DNA of 64,000 nucleotides. It comes from the human T2T-CHM13v2.0 reference genome, Homo sapiens. The position numbers and the translations under genes are program-made. The notes beneath the pieces are model-generated. The model ran no database searches. It was not told the DNA's origin and was given only the letters and a program-made list of their open reading frames with translations. Numbering within the stretch: position 1 is the first letter of the stretch; every line of letters begins with the position of its first letter. The stretch is from assembly GCF_009914755.1 (NCBI RefSeq), contig NC_060944.1. One strand, 5' to 3'. Positions 1 through 13,795 of this stretch are shown piece by piece.

Positions 1-258
1 GAACAGAAGTGAGTGATATTTTTAAACCTAAAGTGAGAAAATGGCAACTGTAGCTATGACTCAAACAATAGGCACCTGCAGCTGTTACAAGTTTTGCTAG
101 TCTAAGAAAGACAAAAGATGGTTTCTTTGTTTTTAATCATTCTTGACATTTTATTTCACAAAGTCCTGACTGTCCTAAACTGTCTACTGAAGCTTGGATG
201 CCTAATTGTACTCTACAGTGCAAATTAGGGATGCGGCCAACAACTTCTTTTAAAGAGC

Positions 259-895
259 TGATAGCAACAGGAGGCAGCCAAATGCCTAGGCAGATGGGGC
301 GGGTATCTGATGAAGCCCCACCTCCAAACCCAAGACAGTTTAAAGCCCAAAAGCCAAGCTGCAAATTAATCTGAGTCTGGATTGAGAACTTGTCTCCTAT
401 TTGGCATGCTTTCCTCTGATTGATCCCTACCCTTCATTTATTTTACATATACCTACCCTTTCCTAATTGATTTTCTACACTGTCATGCCCACCTTTGAGT
501 GGTGTCTTCCTTTTAAACTTTTTTGCATATTCACAAACCAATCAGCATGCATTCCTCATCCTGTGCCTATAAAGACCCTAGACTCAGTCAGTAGGAGAGG
601 AGATGACCTGACTTCAGGGAAGAGACAACCTGACTTTGGGGAAGACAACCTGCCCTTCCTGTCCCCTCTCCAGCTCTTCTGTCTGCTGAGAATCGTTTTC
701 ATCACTCAGTAAAATTATCCACCTTCACCACCCTTCAACTGTCCATGTGACCTCATTCTTCTTCGATGTCAGACAAGAGCTCAGGATCCACCAAGTGTGG
801 GTACCCAGAAAAGGCGGTCACACTGGCCCTTGCCCTTGCTGGTGGAGGGCAGCTGCCCCACATGATGAGGAAAGGGACCAACTGAGCTGCTGAGG
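259..895 (+). mobile_element. ERV1-class solo LTR (subfamily uncertain)
   Basis: Starts TGATAGCAACAGGAGGCAGCCAAATGCCTAGGCAGA; internal CCAAT, TATAAA and AGTAAA signals typical of an LTR. Confidence 0.7.
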
Positions 896-982
896 TCATT
901 TCTGTTTTGTTCTGGTAATTGCTATATGGGAAATAGGGAAGAGCTGCTCTCAACTGAAATACTCTGATGATTGCATCCAAAT

Positions 983-1309
983 ACAAGTTAAGCATCCCTA
1001 ATTCCCAAATCCAAAATGCTCCAAAATTCAAAACTTTCTGAGCACTGACATGAAATAGTAACACCTTTGCTTTCAGATGGTCCAATGAACACAAACTTTG
1101 TTTCATGCACAACATTATTTAAAATATTGTATAAATTTAGCTTCATGCTATGTGTTTAAGGTGTATATAAAAAATAAATTTCATGTTTAGACTTGGGTTC
1201 TATTCCTAAGATATCTGATTATGTATATGCAAGTATTTAAAAATCTGAAAAAGTTCGAAATCCAAAACACTTCTAGGCCCAAGCATTTTGAATGAGGGAT
1301 ACTCAACTC
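983..1309 (+). mobile_element. Tigger4/MER46 non-autonomous DNA transposon
   Basis: TIR-like ends CAAGTTAAGCATCCCT / AGGGATACTCAAC; body AATCCAAAATGCTCCAAAATTC. Confidence 0.8.
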
Positions 1310-1510
1310 ATCATCTCTTTCAGTCAGTAGACCTGTGTTACAACTATTGTGAAATAGCCATAGTCCCTTCCCTTGAAAGAGGTACAGCCTGGGGTGAGTT
1401 TGTAACCCAGGGTACCCGGGTTTTGGGGTACACACTGTGAAAAAGTAACCACCTGTAACTGTTGCACCTTGAGTTCTTGTTTCAAAAAATTTCCAGAAAG
1501 AAGTTCAACT

Positions 1511-2138
<628 letters not shown>

Positions 2139-2791
2139 ATGGTCGGGCACTGTGTCTGGGCTGCCTTTACTCCACCTCTACATGCATTGACTCAGCTAAC
2201 CAGCCTGATAACAGTCCTGTTTTCACTGTTGTTCAGGGAGAGACACTGCTTTGGAAACGATCCCCAGCGTTCCCCTTACTTGTTGCAAGTAATAAAATCC
2301 CTGTGTCAAATCCTCCTTGGTTGCGACCATTGGATGGTCACCATCCAAACAATGGAACCTACCCATTGTGTGGATAACAAATTTAAGATTGGCTTTCCTG
2401 ACTTGTCTAGTTCTTTTGAAACCTGACTTTTACCACCCTCAGAATTTTGTGCTGCATATGTGTAATGACATTGGCCAACATTTCCTACTGGGAAGTAGCC
2501 AAAATCCAGTGACATGCTCCACTTATTTCTGTTTGCAAATCTACTTATTTTCTTTAGCCATCTTTATAGGATGTTTCAACAGGTAGCTAAAGAAATTGAC
2601 TTGTAAATACATATGTAAGTAAGAGGACAAATCAGTTATACGTGAGAACACGTGTACATGCTATGTAAAGGGAGAAGTGCAGACAGAGAAAAAGCAATCA
2701 TTTATAAATCAGGGCTGATGTATTTGACAGAAATCAAATTTTGCAGCTACTAAAATGTCATTAAACCCATAAGGGGATAAATTATGTAGCT

Positions 2792-3013
2792 GAGAGTTAG
2801 GTAAACCTTTCAAGCAAAGGATCAGTTAGCAAATATTTTAGGGTTTGCAGCCACACATTTCCTGTCTCAACAACTCTATTTTGCTGTTATAGCACAAAAG
2901 CAGTCATAGACAATATGTCAATGAAGGAACTCAGCAGTGCTACAATAAAACTTTATTTACAAAAGCAGGTGCGAGGCCAGATTTGGCCCACTGGCCGTAC
3001 TTTGTTGATCCCT
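2792..3013 (+). mobile_element. MER58A hAT-Charlie MITE
   Basis: AAATATTTTAGG...CAATAAAACTTTATTTACAAAAGCAGG...GGCCAGATTTGGCCC. Confidence 0.8.
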
Positions 3014-3629
3014 GATCTATTTGATTTCCTATAAAGCAGAAGATGCTTTGTTTTATCCTACAACCTACAAGCTGCATGCCTTTGATATCTTTTTAGTCTT
3101 TAAATTTGATCAGTACCCTGTGCCATTTTTGTGTCTTTTAATATCTTCCTTTAAACTACTCAGCCAGTTGTGCTATTTTGAAACTGCCAAGTTTGTTTTT
3201 CCTGGGCATGCAATCCTTCCATATTTCCAAGAACTGCCAACATCACTAAGAACTGTTTAATTAAGGCATCAATAATAAAACAGTTCCTAAATCTCATTTG
3301 GAAAAATGTAGCAGTTGCATTCAGGCAACTTAGCTGGGGCAGCAAATATTAGAAAGATCAAAATCTTAATTGCAGCAATGAAAATGATACTATTTATTTA
3401 GCACTCATTATGTGATTGGTTCACTGCTAACACTTTGTACCTTAAAAGAGATGGCTCTTATTACCGTACGCCCCATTATAAATTTGAGAAATTGAGTCTC
3501 TGAGGTTTCAGGTGATGTACATAGTGTCCAACTCTATTAGAAGCCAAAGCTCATCCTCTTAAAGACCACGTTGGTTGTGGAGGTGGTTTTAGGTGCTGGT
3601 GAACAAGCAAAATAACAACTCTAAACCTC

Positions 3630-3631
<2 letters not shown>

Positions 3632-3694
<63 letters not shown>

Positions 3695-3943
3695 TTTTTT
3701 GAGACGGAGTCTTGCTCTGTTGCTCAGGCTGGAGTGCAGTGGCATGATCTTGGCTCATTGCAACCTCTGCCTCCTGGGTTCAAGTGATTCTCTTGCCTCA
3801 ACCTTCCTGAGTAGCTGGAATTATGGGCATGCACCACCACATGTGACTAGTTTTTATATTTTTAGTAGGGATGGGCTTTCACCTTGTTTGCCAGGCTGGT
3901 CTCGAACTCCTGACCTCAAGTGATCCGCCTGTCTCAGCCTCCC
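3632..3943 (-). mobile_element. AluS (5'-truncated) with (TTTC)n-expanded tail
   Basis: Antisense Alu body; TSD TAAACCTCA on both sides; (TTTC)n at 3632-3692. Confidence 0.92.
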
Positions 3944-5459
3944 ATAAACCTCACTTTCTAAATGGGTAGGTAAAGGATTGATCTTGTTAATCTTTAACAT
4001 CCCTTCAAATATCCTTGCTTGAAATCATATTGAGTCATCCCAAAATATAGGTCTTGAGCATGTTCGAGGCACTGCTAAATTCTGGTGACACAGATATTTT
4101 TATATTTGCTTTCTAGAAAAAAGAAATTGTATTTCTCATAGATCATGGGATATACTTTACTAATCTGAAGAAAAGAACAATTGCTACAAGGACAAAGGTA
4201 TTCTTTTTAAAACATATGATGGGCCACAAAGTTTCAATATAGCACAATTCATGTATGTAAATTATTATATGTCATAGTAATGTGGCTAATTAAAACAAGT
4301 GTCTTAAAATTTTGGTGGGGGATTTCACTTGAAAGAAAAAGCTATGGAAGCACTGAAAAAATATATACTTTTAAAAAACAATTTAAATCTGAGAACTAAA
4401 AACAAAATCCTAGTTAATGCCCAAAATGGGTGTGTCTGGAGAGGTTAGCAAGCAGGAAAAAATAAGATTAGTTATTTGTGCTTGAGTCAGTCTGTGTAGG
4501 AATTTTACGGTTGAAAGCAATAGAAACAAGATATGGCAAACATAAGCCCCAGAAAATTTATTAGGACTGTGGGTCCACAGAGTTGAAGGACTCACAGAAT
4601 TAAAGGAAAAGTGGCATACCAGGCTTGGGAAGGTCTCAGGTCCAAGGATGCAGGAAGCTTAGCAACCACTTTTCATCTGGAATGACATGGTTCAAATACC
4701 AGCATCATTTTCTTCTCTCTGTTTATCAGTGGCTAAAATTAAAATCCTGTGAGGGAGTGCCCAGTGGTGGAGGTTTATGTGCAAGTAGGTCTATCCCATG
4801 CCAACAAGAGAAGGTATTTTTTTCATACTGGCATCCTTAGGGAAAGGCAACTCAAGATTATCCTAGTACCAAGACTGAATACAAATGGGACAAATGGATT
4901 CCCAAAAGGAAACTGGAGAATAGGAAGGCACAGACAAAAAATAAAGTGCCCCCTACTAAGAATGTGACCTAAAACAATTAATTCAAACATGAGTGTATGC
5001 CCAGTTCTTGAATTTATCTAGACAAATACCAGAGTTTATTGTCAAATGATCACCGTCATATTCTATGTGGCCAAATCTGATATTAGAGAATTAGATTTTA
5101 GGTTTCCAAATTCCTAAAATGCAAATTGGATTCCTAATTTTCCTATCCCAAACAGTGCTGAGATATAATTACATACTATTAAACATCTGTTAAATTAAAA
5201 TGAAATGGTGAGGGAGACAAGGAATATGCAGTCTTTGAGTATTGCTGTTATGGAGGGGTGAAATTAATTTTCATTATACGAACAGAGGCTGTCTATACCA
5301 CCATTCCAGGAAAACTAGTAATTGGGTTGAACGTAATGTGGAATCAAGTATTTTTATTCTATCCACTATGTGTGCCTCTGTAATTAAACTCTGGAAGTTC
5401 AGTGAGTTTAGTGGCATTCAAATGAGATAATATCTGGTGATGAATTAAGAACTTCCTAT

Positions 5460-5674
5460 TGTGAGATCACATGGACACAGGAAGGGGAACATCACACTCT
5501 GGGGACTGTTGTGGGGTGGGGGGAGGGGGAGGGATAGCATTGGAAGATATACCTAATGCTAGATGACGAGTTAGTGGGTGCAGCGCACCAGCATGGCACA
5601 TGTATACATATGTAACTAACCTGCACAATGTGGACATGTATCCTAAAACTTAAAGTATAATAATAAAAAAAAAA
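5460..5674 (+). mobile_element. L1PA2/3-like 5'-truncated 3' end
   Basis: Near-perfect L1 3'UTR with GATGACGAGTT and CTTAAAGTAT (non-Ta diagnostics), poly(A), TSD AAGAACTTCCT. Confidence 0.92.
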
Positions 5675-5987
5675 GAACTTCCTTCACTGTTCCTGCCTTA
5701 AGGTGGAAATCTTCCATTCATTTGACATCTTAGGACTGCCTACTATTATTTGTCAGTGGTGAGGTTAACCTTGGGGGTATTATAGGAATGAAAAAAGTTA
5801 TGGTTTCAATACTAGAGAAGAATTTATTCTAGTTGAGAAAACAGACAAATCTGGTAATGTAATGACGGAAGCATAAACTAAGCAGTAGGAAGTGCTTTGG
5901 AAGCATAGAATAGGCTCTTTATTTGACTTAAGATTCTAACACAGAGTTCCCGGAGGATGAAGCATCATCCTCCCTCCCAGAAACATA

Positions 5988-6178
5988 GCACAGCGGTTTT
6001 CTTAGTGTTACCCTGACCAGCAGCATTACCCTCACCTGAGAACTTGGTTTCAATGTGGTCTCAGGTCCCTCCCCAGACCTACTGAATCAGAAACTTTGGG
6101 GATGAGGCCAAACACGCTGTGTTCCGATAAGTCCTCCTGGTGAGTAGTTCTGACCTACTTCAAGTTTAAGAGCCCCTG
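5988..6178 (+). mobile_element. MER5A
   Basis: CCCCAGACCTACTGAATCAGAAACT core. Confidence 0.8.
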
Positions 6179-6720
6179 ATCCATCAAAATGACTAAGAAA
6201 TATGGACTCTTCTATCAGATCAGCACTTCTCAATTCTGGGCACAGGTGATAATCTTCTGATGAAATTTTAAAGTTCTTGACACCAAGACTAAATCAAGTA
6301 AATCAACTCTCAAGGGTTGAGGCATGGGCCTCTCTACACATGTATGGACATAGATATGTTTAATTCTCCAAGTGATCTGAATACTAGACCAAAGTTTGCT
6401 AAATTCAGCCTTCAATTACTGAATGTCTTTCAAGTGACAGAGGAGTAGTCTGAAAACATGGAGATGTCAACAAGGAAAAGAAAGAGAAACAAACAAAAAA
6501 AAAGTTTTTGAATATTACATGCCAGACACTGAACAAGGGGCTAAGGATACAAAGAAAGAATAAAGGGAAATAATGGAGGACAGAAAAAGGTAATTGGGGG
6601 GCGGCAAGAGACACAGAATTACTGAACTGTGTTCTAGACACTCTGCAAACATGACCTCATTCAGTTACAACCTTTCAAGAAGGATGCTATGAGTCTATAT
6701 TAAATATGAGAAAACTGATA

Positions 6721-7758
6721 CAGGTTGAGCATTTATTATTCAAAATGTTTGGGACCAGAAGTGTTTCGGATTTTATATTTTTTGAGATTTTGAAATATTT
6801 GCATATACGTAATGAGATATCTTAGGGAAGAGACCCAAGTCTACCTCCAAATTCACTTATGTTTTATACATGCCTTACACATAAAGCCTAAAAATAATTT
6901 TATATTATTTTAAATAATTGTATGCATAAAACAAAGTTTTCATACATTGCACCATCAGAAAGCAAGGTGTCCCTGTCTCAGCCACCCATGTGGACAATTT
7001 GTGGTTGTTCAGCATTTCCATCACTCCTGACTGAACTTATATGCTACTGATATGCATTTATTTTCTCACACTTACAGTAAGTTCTTAACGGTTGATATGG
7101 TTTGGCTTTGTGTCCCCACCCAAATCTCACCTTGAATTGTAAACCCCATAATCCTCACGTGTCATGAGAGGGACCTGGTGGGAGGTAGTTGAATCATGGG
7201 GACAGTTTCCCCCAACTCTGTGCTTGTGATAGTGAGTGAGTTCTCACAAGAACCGATGGTTTTATAAGCATCTGGCATTTCCCCTGCTGGCACTCATTCT
7301 CTCTCCTGCTGCCCTGTGAAGAGGTGCCTTCTGACTTGATTGTAAATTTCCTGAGGCCTCCCCAGCTATGCAGAACCGTGAGTCAAATAAACCTCTTTTC
7401 TTTATAAATTATCCAGTCTCGGGATATTTCTTCATAGAAGCGTGAGAATGAACAATGGTAAAAAATATGACATAGCAGTAATACAGTGAAAATATAACGT
7501 GTTAGGGGTGACCAAGCAGCACAGCAGCCTCAGCAGAAACCGGGATCAGCTGTTAAACAACAGCAACAACAGGCAATGGCAGACTGAACAAATTGGGTTT
7601 TGTGCCCTGTATTTTGACAGCAACCCATCACGTGAGGTCAGGGTTAGAATTTTCCACTGGTGGTTTGCAGGACTTTTTGAGCAGGAGTGCTCAAAAAGTT
7701 TTGGATTTTGGAGTATTTTGGTTTTCAGATTTTTGGATTAGAAATGCTTGACAACCTG
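6721..7758 (-). mobile_element. Tigger4/MER46 interrupted by MaLR LTR
   Basis: TA-flanked CAGGTTGAGCAT ... ACAACCTG TIRs; homologous to 983-1309 in reverse. Confidence 0.8.
7093..7455 (+). mobile_element. MaLR LTR (THE1D/MSTA-like)
   Basis: TGATATGGTTTGGCTTTGTGTCCCCACCCAAATCTC...AAACCTCTTTTCTTTATAAATTA. Confidence 0.9.
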
Positions 7759-7764
7759 TATTCA

Positions 7765-8115
7765 GAAATAATAAGTAATTTCTGAAGGCCATGCGACTAG
7801 TAAGTAGCAGAGTCAAGAGCCGAACCCAAGGTTTTCTACTTCCTAGTTGCTGGGACCTTTCTTTGCTTATTGACAGGTAGCGTAGCCCAGTGGGCAGCCA
7901 TGTGGGCTCAGCCAGATACCCCCAGTTACAAATCCTGGTGCTTTCACTTATGAACTCTATGACCATCAGCAAATTAAATAGCCTGTTTCTTTCTCACTTT
8001 CCTTCTCTGTAAAATGGAGACACTACTAGCACACATGTTGTTACAGTGTTAGAGGAGATGATGGGTACATTTAGAGTTGTCTGGGCCATAGTTAAGTACT
8101 GACGCATTTGCTAAC
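7765..8115. mobile_element. MIR fragments
   Basis: TAGTAAGTAGCAGAG...GAACCCA and TCTGTAAAATGG cores. Confidence 0.6.
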
Positions 8116-8570
8116 ATAACAGACATCATAAAAGAATTGCTGAACTGTTACAACAGATGTCTCTTATCAAAAGAAAACTCAGTGAAATAAGAGATATAAA
8201 AATAGCCAAATAAACTGACCACAATATGATTATATTACCAAAAATTAAAAGACTTCAGGTGAAGTAACACAGATATTTAAATCAAGATTTAAAGTAGATG
8301 TCTTGTGCCAGTAATCTCACTTTTGTGAATCTTTTTAACAGAAATGAGAAAATCCTTAAGTGGAAATACAATTACAAATGTTTCCTTGTACCTTTGGAGG
8401 TATAAAGAAAAGAAGAGGGAGGAAGAGGAGGACGAAGAGGAGAAGAAATAAATCACTGGGGAAAAAACACAAAAAATAACTTTAATGTCTACTAATTATG
8501 GGATCATTGAATTAACCATAGCATATCTGTAATATACAATAGTATGCAACTATCTACAAAGTTAGTTTTC

Positions 8571-8893
8571 AGCCAGGCACAGTGGCTCACACCAGTATTC
8601 CTAGCACTTTAGGAGGCTGTGTGGGGAGGATCACTTGAACTCAGGAGTTCGAGACCAGCCTGAGCAACATAGAGAGACACCCCCCTCCACAATCTCTACA
8701 AAAAATAAAAAATTATATGGGCATAGTGGTATGTGCCTCTCATCCTGGCTACTTGGGAGGCAGAGGTAGAAGGATCATTTGAGCCTAGGAGGTTGAGGTT
8801 TCAGTGAGGAGTGATTATGCCACTGCACTTCAGCCTAGGCAACAGAGTGAGACCTTGTCCCCCGATAAAATAAAAAAATGAATAAAACGAAAT
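8571..8893 (+). mobile_element. AluJ
   Basis: Diverged dimer, GGAGGATCACTTGA, A-rich tail. Confidence 0.88.
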
Positions 8894-10729
8894 TTAAAAA
8901 TAATAGGTAAGTTTTCTCCAAACACGCTTAGAAGGATGTCCATGATATTACTACAGCAAAAAAAAAAAAAAAAAAAAAGCTACTTTAATTTCACTTTATA
9001 TAGTATGATTCCATTGAGAAAATGTAAAAAGTCAACACAGGTTTGTATACGTTTGCACAAGCACAGAAAAAGGTAGGAGAAGTTTCCATATCAATTTGAT
9101 CACATTAGTGCTTGAGTGTTTTGAATTAGAAAAGAGGAGATTAGTTCTGCTAACTTTTTATTCATTGTTTTTTTTTTTTGTTAAGTAAATGAAGAAATAG
9201 TGTGTAAGACAGGGCCAACATTTTTACATATTTAGCTATATCTTTTATATGTCTAACTATATCCCTCCCATTATGAGAAGAGGCTCTGGAGAGCTGCGGT
9301 TTGACACATTCATCTGTTAACCTCCAGGTGCTAGCACAGATAGGGGTACGTGGATAATGAGAAACTGTGTGTGTTGTGTTGCTCTGCACTGTTAAGAAAT
9401 TTCTGAGTGAAGCGTTGACATGCAGCATGAAGGGAGAGGGATTACTTGGCAATTACCACCCACAACGAATAGGTATGCCTTCATTTTCTACTTCAGGGTC
9501 TTTAAGATGCAACGGTGAAGGAAAAAACTCAATATAGTCTTGATAATTTAGATTTTGTGTGCGAATGTCCTGGGACAAACTAATCCACCTTTTTGTGCAG
9601 TGAGGTCCTTATTTGCAAAACATGATGATTTGGGTCAGGTTTGCCAATCAGCACTTTCTTTTCTCCAGCCAGGGAAATTATAGAGATAAATTAGATAAAA
9701 CATGAATGTTCTTGGATTCTGTAGAAATATATGACATGCAAATTACACAGGTTGCAAATAATGTGCTGTGATTGAATAAATCAAGTGTTATTCCACCGAC
9801 ATCAGAGTTCAGGAACTTCCAACTGTGTATTTCCTCGAGTCTTTCTACTGTGAAAACATTTTGTGATGCATATCCTTTGGCAAAAATATGCTTGCAGTCG
9901 CAATCATGGTCACCTAACGATTTGATCAATAATCAACTAGTGTGAAGATGATGTGAGTAACTTATTACAGGGCAATGAAGCATGCTTAGAATTTATTGCC
10001 TTATGTCCCCGCAAATGTGAAATACGGGCAAGCTCATTCTGTAACACCTTGAAATCATTTCAGAGGTAATAGATTAGTCAGCTTCACTTAGCAAGCAAGC
10101 TGTGTTGATCATTTGTCATTTGTAGGTGGACTTTTTCTTCCCTTTTCCTCATTGTCTCAAGAATGAGGGTGATTTAAGGAGAGTCTGGCTTCTGGATGCA
10201 TTTTCACCCTCACAGACCTTGTCCAAAAACTGGGATCTAGAAGACTTTGTGCAAAGCAATCAGATTTCATTTGCTACAGATGGTATTTTGGCCATCCTGG
10301 CAAAAGGCTGGCTTTCCTATCTGAGTGCTAAATCGATATTCCAATCTGGTCTTTTGGGAAAATTGGCTTGAACCTGCAGAAGAAATTCAACCAAAAAAAA
10401 AAAAAAAAAAGGAAAAGGAAAAGAAAAGAAAATAGATTTGAATGTGAGCTGATTCCATTGAAACTTACTGCTTCTAGACTTACATTTTTCTTTTGAATGT
10501 CCACGAAGTAGGTCAAACACAAGGAAAATAGACAATGTCTAGTTAGACGTCTCTTAAGAACTAGATCTTTCTAAAAAGACTAAGTCTCAATGGATTTTCC
10601 TGAAAAATGCTGTTGCTGTTGGATGAACACCATGAGAATCCTTTCTTCAAGCAGTAAATGTGAGAATTGCTGGCCTCTTCCCGAATTCCAAAAGTTGGGC
10701 CAGTGATACTGACACAACCGTGTTATACA

Positions 10730-11270
10730 TGTGTCAGTATGCTGGCAGTTTCAAAAGACAAAAACCCAACTTAAACTGTCTTCTGTCAGAAATAATTTAT
10801 TGGCTAATGTAACAGAAAAGTTCAGGATAATCTTCAGGTATGGCTAAATCCAGGTGCTTAGACTCTGTAATTAGAGAGCCACCTGTATCTCTTGTCCTTG
10901 CTTTCTTCTATTTTGGCTTTAGTCAGCCTTTTTATTCATTGCAGCAAAATGTCCTCCAGCACTTCTAGACATCCATCCTGTTAGAAATAGTAACACACTA
11001 TAAAGTGAATTTCTTTTTTGTAATGATTTCAGCCAAATCTTTATGTTGTGACTTATTGGTTATGCTTATGTACATTCCTGAACCAAAAGTGGTATCCAGG
11101 TGGAAAAAAATGCTCTGATCATTCATGCCTTAGTCAGATGACTACCCTTGGAGCTACCCTAAAATAAATTGATTCAATCTCACATAAACCAAATGGACTA
11201 GATTACGGAGCATTTCTTTCCAAAGGACAAAACATGGACTTTACTATAAACAGAGAACAGGTGATATGCA
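10730..11270. mobile_element. old MLT1 (MaLR) LTR
   Basis: AAAAACCCAACTTAAACTG...AATTTATTGGCTAATGTAACAGAAAAG. Confidence 0.6.
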
Positions 11271-11444
11271 GCAAAAATCAACCAACCAACCAACAAAATA
11301 CATTTGTCCATTGGGGATGGAGATGGGAAGGCTACTGGCATCAAAATTTATTCACATCCATCAACGTTTTCTTTGGCGAGGTCTCTAGGGGAATAATCAA
11401 ACTGTGACCATTGTATCAAGCCTTAGGAAAAAATATTTTAAGCC

Positions 11445-11590
11445 ACTTTAACTTCCCTTACCCTCTCCCATTCAAAGCCTTACTTTAGAAGATGTTCACA
11501 AAAGTCAACTTAATATAACTTACATTGAAAATTGTTACCAGTTCCTTGCATTTTATTCTTGATGAAAAAATTGAAAGGTACCAGTGATCC
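11445..11590 (+). repeat. 146-bp dispersed direct repeat, copy 1
   Basis: Ungapped match to 12553-12698, 127/146 identical by hand count. Confidence 0.95.
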
Positions 11591-12339
11591 CGACATTCTA
11601 AAAGAAAAAAAGAACTTCCAGGATTCATATACAGCATATGAAACTGGAAAGGATTGTTTAATGAGAGCTTGAGTATAAGAGTGCTTACATTTTTAAACAC
11701 CAAATTGAGAAGAGGAGTAATGGTTATATTAAATTTTAATGTTAGGGAAATGGGCTCTGTCAGGAGGTATATGGCTGGATAGGTTATAAAGTAATGTGAG
11801 TGCATTCAGACTTTGAATTTTTCCTAAATGCCATAGAAACCATTTTACATTAGTCACGTCTAACTTAAGAGAGAGAGAGCTTCAGTTCCTGGAGGAAAAC
11901 TGCAGCTAGAAGTCTTGCCTTTTTATCCCCTATATGGACTCTTCATTATTCAGTGAACCTCAGAAACAAAAGGGCTTATTTTAAAGCCAAAAGATTTGTG
12001 TCCATGTCACAGTGCTGGAATTTTAATTCTTTCTCTTGGAAGATGAATACAAAGTAGGAGAGGTTCAAGAAGGATGAAAAGACCAAATGAGTATCAAAGA
12101 AGAAGTTGACCCTAAAATGTAATACCATGGCTCATCGTCTAATTAAATAAGGATCCAAATATAGGCTTATTAACAATGAGGACCTTTCTGTATGAGGCAT
12201 TTTGCTTTGAAACACGTCTCCTTCAAAGCAGGGAAAATTTTTAAATGGCCCCTATAATCTATGTTCTTCAGTTTATTTATTGGTCTTAAAAGGGACCTAT
12301 ATAAAAATGGACTTTTCTGTGTTTTCATAGCACTTTGTC

Positions 12340-12545
12340 CATACTCCCATCAGAGAAACTCATTCATTCATTCAGTCTCTCACTCACTTGCTCATTTAAG
12401 AAGTATTCATTGAACAACTATGTGCCAGGCACTGGGTTTTCATCAGGGCACAAGACAGAGCCAGTGCTCTTCAGAAGCTGGCAACTGGGAAATAAGATTT
12501 AAAAAATAGTAAACAAGCAAACACACAACATAATACACACCATTA
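12340..12545. mobile_element. L2 3' fragment
   Basis: CATTCATTCA...CTATGTGCCAGGCACTG. Confidence 0.7.
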
Positions 12546-12552
12546 TTAAGAT

Positions 12553-12698
12553 ACTTTAATTTCCCTTACCCTCTCGCATTGAATGCCTCACTTTAGAATA
12601 GGTTCACATCACTCAAATCAATATAACTTCCATTGAAAATTATTACAAGGTCCTTGCATTTTATTCTTAATGACAAAATGGAAAGGTACCAGTGATCC
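12553..12698 (+). repeat. 146-bp dispersed direct repeat, copy 2
   Basis: Ungapped match to 11445-11590. Confidence 0.95.
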
Positions 12699-12934
12699 AA
12701 TTGCTTCCATGCTATTTTAAGAAAGGAGAAGGGAGTGGGTACCTGTTATAGATTTAAAGAGACATAATCAAATGCAAATTGTGAACCTTGATTTGATCCA
12801 GGTTTTAACAAATCAACTGAAAAGGATGACTTGGGAACAGTTGGGAACATTTGAATATGACTAGGTATTGAATGAGATTAAGAAAACGTGTGTGTGTGTG
12901 TGTGTGTTATGAAGGAAATCTTAGGTTTTTTTTT

Positions 12935-13355
12935 AACATTTATTTATTTATTTAAATTGACAAAAATTGTGTATATTCATCATGTATACCATGTTGTTTT
13001 GAAATATCTACACAGTGTGGAATGGCTAAATCAAGCTAATTAATATATGTATTGCCTCACATATTTTATCTCTTTTTTTATGGTGAGAACACTTAAAATG
13101 TACTGTTTTAGCAATTTTCAAGAATAGAATACATTGTTATTAACCAAAGTCACCATGTTGTACATTAGATCTCCTACATTTATTCATCTTATTTAATTGA
13201 AATTTGGTGTTCTTTCGCCATTATCTCACCAAACACTCCTTCCTTAACCTCGGTCCTAGCAACCCCTATTCTACTCTCTTCTTCTGTAAGTTCTTTTTTA
13301 GATTCCACATATAAATGAGGTCATGTGGTATTTGTCTTTCTGTGCCTAATTTATT
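12935..13355 (-). mobile_element. L1MA 3' end
   Basis: GGTGAGAACACTTAAAAT...TTAGATTCCACATATAAATGAG. Confidence 0.85.
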
Positions 13356-13795
13356 TATAATGGTAAAAGACAATGCTTTTCCCTAAAATCTTTAAAAGAA
13401 CAAGGTGTTTCACTCTCACCACTTCTACCCCACATTGCACTGGATGTTCTAGGGCAATTAGGCAAGAAAATGAAATGAAAGATATCTATATGAGAAAGGA
13501 AGTAAACCGACCTCTATTCATAGATGGCATGATCTTGTAGAGCTATCATCCTAAGGAATCCATCAAGAAGCTATTAGAACTAATAAATACTTCCGTCAAG
13601 GTTTCAGAGTGGTCCATTATATTTCTATATATTAAAAACCCAAAGGGAAAATGAACAAAACAATTCCATTTACAATAGCATCAAAAAATATAAAATACTT
13701 AGAAATAAATTTAACAAAAGAAGTACAAAAGTTATTCTCTGAAAACTATGAATATTGTTAAAAAAATTAAAGAAGATCTAAATAAATGGAAAGTC
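13356..13795 (+). mobile_element. L1M ORF2 (RT region) fragment
   Basis: CTCTCACCACTTCTA...CAATTAGGCAAGAAAA...AAAGAAGATCTAAATAAATGGAAAG. Confidence 0.85.

Noticed and set aside
9678-9983. Minus-strand frame with one internal TGA
   Set aside because: No SECIS, homology or boundary signal; expected by chance.
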